A stretch of 64,000 nt of DNA. It comes from Eledone cirrhosa. Taxonomy: Eukaryota. The notes beneath the pieces are model-generated. The model worked only from the letters and a program-made list of their open reading frames with translations. It was not told the origin of the DNA and did no database searches. Each line of letters starts with the position of its first letter. The stretch's first letter is position 1. The stretch is from assembly GCA_964016885.1 (NCBI GenBank), contig OZ024755.1, positions 36,456,001-36,520,000 on the forward strand, written 5' to 3'. Positions 12,801 to 24,137 of the stretch are shown here, piece by piece. The translations under genes were made by a program, and so were the position numbers.

Positions 12801-13039
12801 TGAGATAATTATGTGAGGTAAAGCCTTTACTGTGGAAATATAATAGTATATATAGAGTAATGTAAATGTTAAAGAGTTAACCCTTTAGTATTTTAACTGG
12901 CCATATCCAGCCAGGATTTGGGAAGATGTGTAGTCAGGTTAATTTTCGTTTCAGGAGAGTAAGCTCAGATTAAGAGGTTATTGTCAATAGTTGAAAGTAT
13001 ATCGCTTGCTCTGATCAATCGACCAGACCCCAGAGCATA

Positions 13040-13390
13040 TTTGCTTGCTGAAATAGCAGCCAAATTTCTTCAAATGATATCCTTATATCTTAAAAAAAAG
13101 AAAAGAAATACACCCTGGCTAATGTAGTCATCGCTTTCTCTCTGATCGATTGACAAAATCCCAGACCTCATTGTGGGGTGGACCTCATCAAATCAGACCA
13201 AGGAAACAATGTTTCCTTTGGTCTTTCCATTGCTAATGTTATCTACCGGTTGCAACTCTAGGCAGAAAGAGCAACGTGAAATAAAGTGCCTTGCTCAAGG
13301 ACACAACATATCACCCGGTCCGAGAATTGAACTTGCAACCTCACAATTACAAATCTAACACTGTAGCCAGTAAGCCATGTGCCTTCACAA
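13040..13390 (-). mobile_element. SINE E (tRNA head + CORE-like box, body and tail different from SINE A)
   Basis: Homologous to 31797-32150, 46350-46570 and 57915-58155. Confidence 0.82.
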
Positions 13391-13480
13391 ACAATATATA
13401 AACTACCATATTCCCCAGTGCCAAAGACACTTTGTCCTCGAAAAAGCACCCTAATTTTGACAACCAAAAATTTGGAAAAA

Positions 13481-13876
13481 AATAATTGTTTCTACTTTAG
13501 GCACAAGGCCAGCAATTACCCAGTGCATTACTGGTACTTTATTTTATCGACCCCGTAAGGATGAAAGGCAAAGTCAACCTCGGCAGGATTTGAACTCAGA
13601 TCATAAAGGGACGTAACTATGCTAGAAAGCATGGCGTCCGACCCTCTACTGATACTGCCAAAAAAATAATGATTTCTAGTATAGGCATAAGGACCAGTAA
13701 TTCGGGGGGAAGGGAAAGTCGATTAAATCGACCCCAGTACGTTACTGGTGCTTTGTTTTATCAACCCTGTAAGGATGAAAGGCAAAGTTAACCTCGGCGG
13801 GATTTGAACTCAGACCGTAAAGGACCGTAACTCTATGCTGCAAAGCATGGTGTCCAACTCTGCTAATCCACCGTCC
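13481..13876 (-). mobile_element. Two tandem SINE C copies (about 13481-13661 and 13665-13876)
   Basis: Each has the Meta-like box and a B box. Confidence 0.85.
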
Positions 13877-14197
13877 ATTTGAAATAAAATAATAAACAAC
13901 CTTCGGCCTCCAGGAAGCATGGTAGATTTTTGAGACTTATTTTAGGAAAAAAGTAGCGTCTTTGACACCAGTAAATAATATATATGAAAGTATATATAAA
14001 GAAGTAATATCATAGTTCTAATTATCTGAAGATCTCTGTCGGCTACAGTTTGAAATGTTATCTGCTATTATGATAGAAGAGTGAAAAAAAATGTTCTTGG
14101 ATAGAGATATAGAATCTTATACTTATCAGAAATACTGTTGTGGATTTCACTTCATTTCAACTTTTAAACATACACTTCCATTTTCTTCAGTGACAAT

Positions 14198-14502
14198 ACA
14201 TATATACACACACACATGTACATACATATATATACACACACATGTACACATATATATATACACACATGTACACATATGTACACACACAAACACACACACA
14301 CACATGTACACAAACACACACACATGTACACATAAACACACACACAAACAAAACAAACACACAAGTACACACACAAACACTCATGTACACACACAAACAC
14401 TCACATGTACACAAATGTACACACACACACACATATAGACAGACACACACACATGTACACAGACACATGCACACACACAAACACATACACATATACACAC
14501 AT
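14198..14502. repeat. (CA)n-rich microsatellite
   Basis: Read directly from the sequence. Confidence 0.93.
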
Positions 14503-14720
14503 ATTCTGGCTTAAACCCTGCCCCCTCTTCATCACACAGACATTATTGGTAATACAATGTGATGACCTTCCCTATAGTATAGACCAGTCATGGGCAACCT
14601 GTGGCCCTCGAAACTCTCTGAATGGCTCACCTAAGTCACCTAAGTGAAATCTTTCTGATTTTTTTACCCCAACTTTTCAGTCGTAATTTATCTTTCTATC
14701 ATTTTTACGGTTGAGGAAAA

Positions 14721-16345
14721 CATCATCATCATCATCATCATCATCGTGTAACGTCCATGTTCCACGCTTGCATGGGTTTGGACGGGAGTTTTCCCACTTG
14801 AGGCAAGAGTGGTTGTCTTGCTCGCATAGGACTGTCTGGCGGGTTTTCTACAGCTGGATGCCCTTCCTAACACCAACCACATTTACAGTGTGGAACTGGG
14901 AGGTTTTTACCGTGTTGCCTACACGGCCACATTACAGCGTGGACTGTCTGGCGGGTTTTCTACAGCTGGATGCCCTTCCTAACACCAACCACGTTTACAG
15001 TGTGGAACTGGGAGGTTTTTACCGTGTTGCCTACACGGCCACATTACAGCGTGGACTGTCTGGCGGGTTTTCTACAGCTGGATGCCCTTCCTAACACCAA
15101 CCACGTTTACAGTGTGGAACTGGGAGGTTTTTACCGTGTTGCCTACACGGCCACATTACAGCGTGGACTGTCTGGCGGGTTTTCTACAGCTGGATGCCCT
15201 TCCTAACACCAACCACGTTTACAGTGTGGAACTGGGAGGTTTTTACCGTGTTGCCTACACGGCCACATTACAGCGTGGACTGTCTGGCGGGTTTTCTACA
15301 GCTGGATGCCCTTCCTAACACCAACCACGTTTACAGTGTGGGGCTGGGAGGTTTTTACCGTGTTGCCTACACGGCCACATTACAGCATGGACTGTCTGGC
15401 AGGTTTTCTACAGCTGGATGCCCTTCCTAACACCAACCACATTTACAGTGTGGAACTGGGAGGTTTTTACCGTGCTACCTACACGGCCACATTACAGCGT
15501 GGACTGTCTGGCGGGTTTTCTACAGCTGGATGCCCTTCCTAACACCAACCACGTTTACAGTGTGGAACTGGGAGGTTTTTACCGTGTTACCTACACGGCC
15601 ACATTACAGCGTGGACTGTCTGGCGGGTTTTCTACAGCTGGATGCCCTTCCTAACACCAACCACGTTTACAGTGTGGAACTGGGAGGTTTTTACCGTGTT
15701 ACCTACACGGCCACATTACAGCGTGGACTGTCTGGCGGGTTTTCTACAGCTGGATGCCCTTCCTAACACCAACCACGTTTACAGTGTGGGGCTGGGAGGT
15801 TTTTACCGTGTTGCCTACACGGCCACATTACAGCATGGACTGTCTGGCGGGTTTTCTACAGCTGGATGCCCTTCCTAACACCAACCACGTTTACAGTGTG
15901 GAACTGGGAGGTTTTTACCGTGTTACCTACACGGCCACATTTCAGCGTGGACTGTCTAGCGGGTTTTCTACAGCTGGATGCCCTTCCTAACACCAACCAC
16001 GTTTACAGTGTGGGGCTGGGAGGTTTTTACCGTGTTACCTACACGGCCACATTACAGCGTGGAGTGTGTTTTTTTGTCGTGACACCTACACGACCTCATT
16101 TGTTTCGGCCTGGATGTTGTGGCACCAACATAACTTTACATTGAAAGGGGTGGTGTGGATGGGGTGGGGGTAGTGGGATGGGGGTGTATTTTGTTAGAGG
16201 TGCCTACTGACTGTAGTAGGTTTTACTTTGTATTTAGGTAAGGCGGGTCTTCTCTATTACTGAGTACCGCCAAAGATCTCGGTCCAGTGACATTGTCTTG
16301 GAGAGGTGTAAGTGTGTGAGGTCGGAATTTATCAAGTCGTCCCAG
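14721..16345 (-). mobile_element. RTE2 3' end (short C-terminus, UTR and tail) containing a 112-bp tandem array
   Basis: Homology to 43360-43850; (CAT)n at the left end. Confidence 0.9.
14829..16060. repeat. 112-bp tandem array, 11 copies, from the RTE2 3' UTR
   Basis: GGACTGTCT recurs at 14829, 14941 ... 15949. Confidence 0.96.
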
Positions 16346-16509
16346 AACGTGTACGAATTCTAAAAAAACAAATCAAAACAACCTGAGTTACTGCCCTTTG
16401 TTTTTAATGATGATGAGCCATATTGGTAAGACAATGTGATGACAATGTGATATCTCATGCGGCCCACTTCTCGAAAAAGGTTGCCCATGCCTGGTTTATA
16501 ATTTAGGTC

Positions 16510-16860
16510 AGTGGTAACCAAAGTGGCTTCTGTAGAACCCAAGGGTTCTGGAAAGGACTATCTTGGGTTCCATGAAAAAGGGTAGAGTAGTTTATTCATA
16601 TTATGACCATATTATAGGGTGGTGGATTGGCAGTATCGGTAGGGGGTCGGACGCCATGCTTTGACTCATAGAGTTACAACCCTTGCCATTCTGAGATCAA
16701 ATCCCGCCGAGGTTAACTTAGCCTTTCATCCTTACGGGGTCGATAAAATAAAGTACCAGTAATGAACTGGGTAATTGCTGGCCTTGTGCCAAAAGTAGAA
16801 ACAATTATGACCATATTAAAGTATTAGACTTTGGGGTTCCCCAAAGGTTGCCCATGCCTG
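16510..16860. mobile_element. Second hAT-like MITE with a nested SINE C
   Basis: CAGTGGTAACCAAAGT left end, AGGTTGCCCATGCCTG right end; a related sequence lies in reverse orientation at about 18680-19200. Confidence 0.6.
16617..16804 (+). mobile_element. SINE C
   Basis: TSD ATTATGACCATATTA on both sides; B box and Meta-like box. Confidence 0.9.
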
Positions 16861-17232
16861 GTCTATACGATACAGTCCACTCCCCAAAATCCACATCTCT
16901 GCTTATATTTTTACTCTTCAAACACTAACATTTACTACTCAAATTATCTCTATACCTTCCACAGATGTATTGGATATATATTCGACATTGCTGTCACTTG
17001 AGATAGACCCCCCCCCCCCCAAAAAAAAGAGTTCTCCTACATTGTCCACCCCCCACCCCCCAGAAGAGTTCACCTTCTTTACCTTACATAATATTGAAAA
17101 GTTATGTTGTTGATGCTACAGCTCGCATCTATGTACAGTTTAACCAGCCCACCATGTGACTGCATCTCATTTGAGGTTACAGCTGGTTTGGACAGAAGGA
17201 GGTGAGAGAATTCTGGCCGGATACGGTTGGTT

Positions 17233-17444
17233 TAACCCTTTAGCATTTACATTACTCTATATTTACTATTGTATTTTCGCAGTAAAGACTTTATCTTACA
17301 TAATATCTCACATAATACTGAATCTATGAGATTTTGAGAACAGTACCATAATATAAGTATGAGTGGTTGGTTACAACCAGTTTAAACAGAAAGAGGTGAG
17401 AGAACTCTGGCCGGATATGGCCAGTTTAAATGCTAATGGGTTAA
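17233..17444 (-). mobile_element. piggyBac-type MITE D
   Basis: TTAACCCTTTAGCATTTA ... TAAATGCTAATGGGTTAA. Confidence 0.88.
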
Positions 17445-18107
17445 TGCTGCAAAAACTTGAAATATTCCTCAACTTCATGAATCTTTATGATTCAGAGAAA
17501 CTATTAAAAATGTTAAATTGCAATGTTGGGGCTTCAAAGGTAAAACAACTTAAGTGAAATACTTCTAACTGAAAATCAAAATTAGAAGACAATCTGAATT
17601 TGCTGAAAACTTAACAAAGTACAGAAAAGCAATTAAATGAAATATTAAGAAAACTGAATTAATTGAATCAATTAATACTGTCCAATTTACTTAACACTTC
17701 AATTTAAAATATAGTTGTTTTTAATTAATTATTTCTTTAAATTAATTTTTCTATAATCTTTAGGAGCTTATGTTTAAGGTCAATGATAAATGAGAACAGC
17801 ACAACGAACATTTCAATTTTATGAAATCGTCACAGACATTTCAAAGAAAATTTTGTTTAATTCCTTCAATCATCATCACCACCACCACCACTACTTAATG
17901 ACTATTTTCTATGATTGCATGGGTTAGATTGGTTGTCATGTTCTGAAGCCAACAGGTCAGGTGACCATGTCCTGCTCATATGTTCCATTTGAGGCTTGGT
18001 TTCTACAGCTGGACATCTTTCCTAAGCCACCTACTACTAAATATAAATCTGTTTCGATATTGTGAGCAATGAACAAATTTTGACTGTATACATATGTGGC
18101 AGCTACA

Positions 18108-18545
18108 TATCTTCTTGTGATACTAAACTCCAGTTGCAGACTGTCCATCAACATGTGATATCTCTCTCCACAAAGTTCGATCACCAGCAGCAGAGTTCAA
18201 AGAGTAAAGATCAAGTCCAGTCCATAAGTTGACATTGTCAAGCCATCGTTTTGGCTGCCAGCCTCTGCTTCTCTTACCAGCCAACCTTCCTTCCAGGCAT
18301 AACCTACTCACACCATGAGTTTATCTTTTTATATGGCCGTATAGTTTGAGTACTCTTGACTTGATAATTGATGTAACTGGTCTAAGTTTGGTAATGTTGA
18401 GCAGCTCACTGATACAGATATGGTCGCTGAGCTGCTTGCCAGTTATAAGTCTCATGATGTGGTTCTGGAATGTAGAGAGCTTCTGAAGTGACCTTGTCGT
18501 CCAATTAACACAGTCAAGACCATATAATACAAGTATCAAAGATCA
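18108..18545 (-). mobile_element. RTE-like LINE 3' fragment (RTE4)
   Basis: LYGLDCVNW..LKLYGHIKR..GKRSRGWQPKRWLDNV..DRTLWR; homologue at 36470. Confidence 0.85.
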
Positions 18546-18759
18546 GCTACATATACCCAGCTGTGAGGAGTTGATATGTAGCAGGTTAGATCAGACTAAG
18601 GCATTTATCTAGTTCTTTTTCAATTATAGAATGAAATTTAGTCAAACAGAATGCTACAAAATACTACTATTGCTTTAGACTAGGGTTTCCCAAACTTTTT
18701 CAAACACAGAACCCCAAAGTCTAATACTGTTATATGGTCATAATATAAATATCCTCAAC

Positions 18760-19135
18760 ATCCGGCAGCCTCAGCCGAAATCAACTCAACAATTGATCTC
18801 CACGTGGGTCTGTCATTCATTGCCATTGCCAAGTCCCGGATTTCATTACCAAAATCTCTGGAGATGACATTGGGGTAGGAGAGCTTGCGCCCCCTGTTAT
18901 TAGTGACTGCTTGTGGTTTCTAGAGTACTAATGGGGACTCAGCCTCATAGGTGACATGATGGCAGTGGCCAGCAAATCAGGATAGGAGAGCTTACGGTCC
19001 CTGTTATTAGGGACTGTTTGTGGTTTCCAAAGCACTAATGGGGACACAGCCTCAGAGGTGGCACGATGGCAGTGGCCAGCAAATCTTACTTTTACGTACA
19101 ACAGATATACGTGGGCGGCCGACATATAATCTTCT
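18760..19135 (-). mobile_element. RTE-like LINE 3' fragment (RTE3) with a duplicated 107-bp segment
   Basis: VRFAGHCHRATSEAVSPLVLWKP; homologue at 49012-49862. Confidence 0.82.
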
Positions 19136-19779
19136 ACTTTTTTCACTAAACCCCACACACTTGTTTGCGGATCCCTTGGATTCTGCAGAACCCACTTTCC
19201 CAAATTTCTTATGGCAAATCTCTGAAAAGCCTCTACTCCTAGAAACCGTGTTGATTGTTAGAACATACCATAGAGGGCTGTAGCATATCTCTGAAACTTT
19301 ATAACCAGCGATGAAGCCTGAAGAGTTGCTCATCTTACCAGAAATAGCAACCAAATTACCCTCAAATCATACCACCTTATTTTCAAAAAGATACATTGAA
19401 TAATGTAGTTCTACAAACACTATATCTTGAAAAAAAAACATGGTAGTCATGGCTGGAACATCTTTAGTTATATTTCTGCATGGTGCTTAGGACTTGCCTA
19501 TGGCCAGCAATGTCATACATCACAAAAAATGTCACATATCAAGCAATGCCTGTTCTTGAAGCTTTTTTAAGTGAGGTAAGGCTTTGCATGGGACCAATTC
19601 CACTCTCTGAACATCGAACACATTTTCCCAAAAAGAAGAACAGGTCTACATCATTGGATGCAAACGAAGTCACAGGTTTTATATCAGAGTGACCTTCTCC
19701 TAGAGAGATGTCATAATGAAGACGAGGAGTCTCTTGCTCCACAAAAAAAAAAATCTTTATTGGATGGCCATTGACTCTC

Positions 19780-19780
<1 letters not shown>

Positions 19781-19828
<48 letters not shown>

Positions 19829-19980
19829 GGTTTCCACAGTTTCTGGCTGCCAAATTTAACTCACGGTGCATTGGTCAAACAGAGGCAATAATAAAAGACA
19901 CTTGCCTAAGGTGCCACATATGGGGATTGAACCCAAAACTATCAGGTTATAAAGCAACCTCCTTAACCAAACAGCCATAC
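19781..19980 (-). mobile_element. Old tRNA-headed SINE fragment followed by (TG)n
   Basis: Minus strand TGGCTGTTTGGTTAAG..GGGTTCAATCCC..CACCTTAGGCAAGTGTCTT. Confidence 0.65.
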
Positions 19981-21133
19981 AAAAGACAAATTGATATTTT
20001 TCATTCTTTTTAGTTAAGTTATTATGTAACTCAATCTACATTCCTTACTTTTCACTCACACTAATTATGAAAGTATATTAACAATTTCTCTATTCAGCAG
20101 AGCAACTAACTAAGATCAGTATTTCTTTCACTTAAGACAAAGTACTTTTATATGTGTGCACATACACATACATCCATGCATGTGTCTCAAAATTAAATGC
20201 AAGCACATGTGTGCATGTATGTGTTGCAAACAAACATGCATACATGCATACATACAAATATGTGTGATGTACATGAGTTTCAAACTTAGATAATTACATG
20301 CATGTGTGTTGCATGCATATATGTGTTACAAACTTGCATAAATGCATGTACAAGAGTGCATGTATGTGTTGCACACATACATGTGTTACAAAATTGCATA
20401 AATGCATGTACAAGAGTGCATGTATGTGTTGGACATATACATGTATTCATGCACATGTCTTACAAACTTATATAAATACAAGCACATATATAGAAGCATA
20501 TGCATTCATGCATCCATGTTTCAAACTTGCATAAATACATGTACAAATGTGCATGTGTGGGTGCTGCACAGACACAAATGTGTGCTTGTGTCTATTTTGT
20601 GCACAAGTGCATGTATGCTCACATTTTCTTTTGAATCATTTAATGACTGTAATTTTCTTTATTCTCTGCAATATTTTATTAAATGACTCCATCAAGAGAT
20701 TAATGCAACTTCAGCATTATTTTTCTTCATCATTTTTATTTTTATTCTTATTTCTTCCTATCCATTGTAGAGATTAAGATTGAAAATTATTTCTCATCTT
20801 CTTCAAGAAATACGTTCTGAAGATAGTTCGTTAAATACAAAACTCATTTTATTCAATGTCATATCGAAAGATTTGTTGTAGTTTTTGTTCTATGTTACTG
20901 CAGTCTCCTCGGCATGGCACATTACTATCTCATATCATTAAATTGGTGGAGCTTAACTTTCTAAAGTTTCATCAAAGTACCATATCCAGTTAACTCTTAG
21001 ACTATTCTTCACTGCATGTAGCAATATCAATAACAGTATCGCAGTCACATTTCACCTTTTACCACTCAACATAACAACAGTTTACATTACATGTCTATAC
21101 ATGCAGTCATATATTCCACATCATCATCATAGT

Positions 21134-21421
21134 TTAACCCTTTATCATTTACATTACTATTGTATTTTCATGGTAAAGGCTTTACCTCACATAATTACCT
21201 CGCATAATTATCTCACATAACATTTACATTACACTATATTTACGATTGTATTTTCATGGTAAAGACTTTACCTCACATAATTACCTCACATAATATCAAA
21301 TCTATGAGATTTTGATATTATTTATTTTGAGAACAATACCTTAATGTCAGTATGAGTGGCCAGTTACGGCCTGTGAGAGAATTCTGGCAAGACATGGCTG
21401 GTTTAAATGCTAAATGGTTAA
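21134..21421 (-). mobile_element. piggyBac-type MITE D with a partial internal duplication
   Basis: TTAACCCTTTATCATTTAC ... TAAATGCTAAATGGTTAA; the ~70-bp segment is present twice. Confidence 0.82.
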
Positions 21422-21669
21422 TGTCTATTTTCCATACTTGCATGGGTTGGATGGGTTGTCATGTACTGAGGCTACACTGGTCAGGTGACATCTGGTTTGT
21501 AAGTTCCATTTTTGGCTTGGTTTCTTCAGCTGAATGTCCTTCTTAATGCTAACCACATTACAGAGTGTACTGGGAGTATTTTGTGACTCCAGTACTACCA
21601 CCTTACAGGGTGGTCTGGGTGCTTATTATTATAGCACCAACACTACCACTTTAGAGAGGTTGAGGGGTG

Positions 21670-21965
21670 CATGGCAGAGTGGACTGGATGCTTTTTTTTC
21701 ATGGTAGAGTGGACTGGGTGCTTTTTTTTCATGGCAGAGTTGACTGGGTGCTTTTGTTTGTGGTAGAGTGGACTGGGTGTTTTTTTTTCATGGCAGAGTG
21801 GACTGGGTGCTTTTTTTCATGACAGAGTGGACTGGGTGTTCTTTTTCATGGCAGAATGGACTGGATGCTTTTTTTTCATGGCAGAGTGGACTGGGTGCTT
21901 TTTTTCATAACAGAGTGGACTGGGTGCTTTTTTTTCATGACAGAGTGGACTGGGTGCTTATTTTC
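21670..21965. repeat. ~30-bp tandem repeat (CATGGCAGAGTGGACTGGGTGCTTTTTTT), about 10 copies
   Basis: Shortened version of the 48-bp module; adjoins an old retro-element tail at about 21420-21660. Confidence 0.88.
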
Positions 21966-22544
21966 CATCACAACAATCCATGTAAATATAAGACATTAAT
22001 AGTTTTGAGAAAATATCACTGACAAGAACAAGATTTACTGTTATGTTGAGAAGTGTTTTTCTGACTAAAATGAAATGAAATTTATCTGGCCTCCTGTGAT
22101 GCTGCATCTCATAGGCAGTTTCGTGGGTGTTTAATGACAGGGGACCTATCGTGAAATAAAGTATCTTGCTCAGTCACAATGAGCCAGTCAGTCGTTCTAG
22201 GAATGGAACCAGTGACCTTATGATTCTCAGTCTAATGCCCTAACTACTACACCACGCCTCAGTAAATATTCAGATCTGAACAAAGTAAAAAATAAATGCT
22301 AAATCATTCTAGACCAAAATTCGTTTTACAAAGTTTACCAAAAAAAAAATTTCCAATTACAAAAAAATAGAATATTTGGTCCTTACATTATTTACAAGGC
22401 TTTCAACTAATCTGAAAGATAAAGCTGTTGCTTTGAAGTTTTCAAAATTAAATGTTAATTTATTCCTAGGTCACTGCAACATTTTGAAATTCTAATGGAG
22501 TAACTTTCTGTGTGAAGGAAAAAGGATTATTATTATTATTAGTT

Positions 22545-22671
22545 TTTATTTTATTTTATTTTTCATTTATTTTTTATTTTATTGTTTATTTTATTTTTCA
22601 TTTTATTTTTCATTTTATTTTTCATTTTATTTTTCATTTTATTTTTCATTTTATTTTTCATTTTATTTTTT
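22545..22671. repeat. T-rich 12-bp repeat (TTTTATTTTTCA)n
   Basis: Read directly from the sequence. Confidence 0.88.
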
Positions 22672-22816
22672 CTGGACAACTACTTGATGATACTTTAATG
22701 TTTTTACATATTTATATATGTAAAAAAATATTTCACCCACTGCACCCCCCCCCCACACACACACACACGCACGCATAACACACTAAATACATAAACAACA
22801 ATCCTGGGCAGTACAA

Positions 22817-22998
22817 ATAATTGCTTCAACTTTTGGCACAAGGCCTGCAATTATCCCAGTGTATTACTACTACTTTTATCGGCCCTGTAAGGATGAAAGG
22901 CAAAGTTAACCTCGGCGGGATTTGAACTCAGAACGTAAAGGGCCGTAACTCTGCAAAGCATGGTGTCTGACCCTCTACCAATACTGCCAATCCACTGT
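22817..22998 (-). mobile_element. SINE C
   Basis: Homology to 11632-11815. Confidence 0.85.
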
Positions 22999-23046
22999 CT
23001 GTACAAATAACAGAGATATATATGAAGGCTTATACAGTATATGTAA

Positions 23047-23198
23047 AGTGGACGTGTAGGCGCCACAGAAAAAAAAAGCACCCAGCACTCACTGTAAATG
23101 AGGTTGGTGTTAGGAAGGGCATCCAGCTGTAGAAATCAAGCCAGAATCAGGTCCCGTCCCACCCTTGCAAGCAGGGAAAAGCGGACGTAAAATGATGA
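23047..23198 (+). mobile_element. 5'-truncated SINE A
   Basis: Matches 4953-5105. Confidence 0.85.
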
Positions 23199-23299
23199 AA
23201 TCTCACTATGAGAGTTTTCAATTATCGCCACAGCTGCGTGAGAACACCAAACACTAAAGTTTCAAGAATTTCTATCCATCACCAATGATGTTTACTCAC

Positions 23300-23305
23300 T
23301 TGGTA
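23300..23305 (-). other. Candidate 6-nt microexon (TACCAA)
   Basis: Minus strand ttgttattcttgtctcag|TACCAA|gtgagt; splice signals only. Confidence 0.15.
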
Positions 23306-23364
23306 CTGAGACAAGAATAACAATCATAATATAATAAAGGGAGGAGTGTGGGACTGCGTCTTGA

Positions 23365-23760
23365 ATCATCATCATCATCATCGTTTAACGTCCGTGTTCC
23401 ACGCTTGCATGGGTTTGGACAGGAGTTTTCCCACTTGAGGCAAGAGTGATTGTCTTGCTCGCATAGGACTGTCTGGCGGGTTTTCTACAGCTGGATGCCC
23501 TTCCTAACACCAACCACATTTACAGTGTGGGACTGGGAGGTTTTTACCGTGTTGTCTACACGGCCACATTACAGCGTGGACTGTCTGGCGGGTTTTCTAC
23601 AGCTGGATGCCCTTCCTAACACCAACCACATTTACAGTGTGGGGCTGGGAGGTTTTTACCGTGTTGTCTACACGGCCACATTACAGCGTGGACTGTCTGG
23701 CGGGTTTTCTACAGCTGGATGCCCTTCCTAACACCAACCACATCTACAGCGTGGGACTGG
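23365..23760 (-). mobile_element. RTE2 3' UTR fragment with about 2.6 copies of the 112-bp unit
   Basis: GGACTGTCTGGCGGG at 23466, 23578 and 23690. Confidence 0.88.
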
Positions 23761-24137
23761 ACTTGAATATACTTTTTTATCCCGTTAGTAAAATAAGTTG
23801 GATTACTTTGAATAAATAATGAATGAATATTACATAATTTATCTACTAAATGTTGTAGCTGTTGATTAAACATAAATAATTTTATTGCTTATTTCAAGAT
23901 TCACTTCTTTAAAATTTTCAAATGTCAGCACTTTCGGTTAGCGTCCATTATATGATAACACTTATTACATTGATTATATAAACGTTCATATATTTGCATT
24001 GCTAATTTTCTCCTAATACAGTTTATATATAACATCGTCTTTTTTAAATGTATCATGGATTACTTTACTTATTATATAAGACAGTGTAACACAGTCCCTC
24101 TTCAATTTCTGTGCATATTCTCAATTACGATTTTATT

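Larger units (their letters stand above)
11521..12880 (+). mobile_element. piggyBac-type MITE D, expanded by a SINE insertion and an internal 70-bp tandem array
   Basis: Starts TTAA-CCCTTTAGCATTTA and ends TAAATGTTAAAGAG-TTAA; interior matches copies at 39945 and 54167. Confidence 0.85.
14585..16493 (+). mobile_element. hAT MITE H1 split by an RTE2 insertion
   Basis: Left part 14585-14720 and right part 16346-16493 rejoin as GAGGAAAAC|AACGTGTACGAATTC, as in the intact copy at 26895. Confidence 0.88.

Noticed and set aside
14711-16144. Series of near-identical 78-aa ORFs
   Set aside because: Artefact of the 112-bp array, antisense to a LINE UTR
16920-17010. Strong plus-strand acceptor (CTAAC ... 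ccttccacag)
   Set aside because: No convincing donor or coding frame downstream
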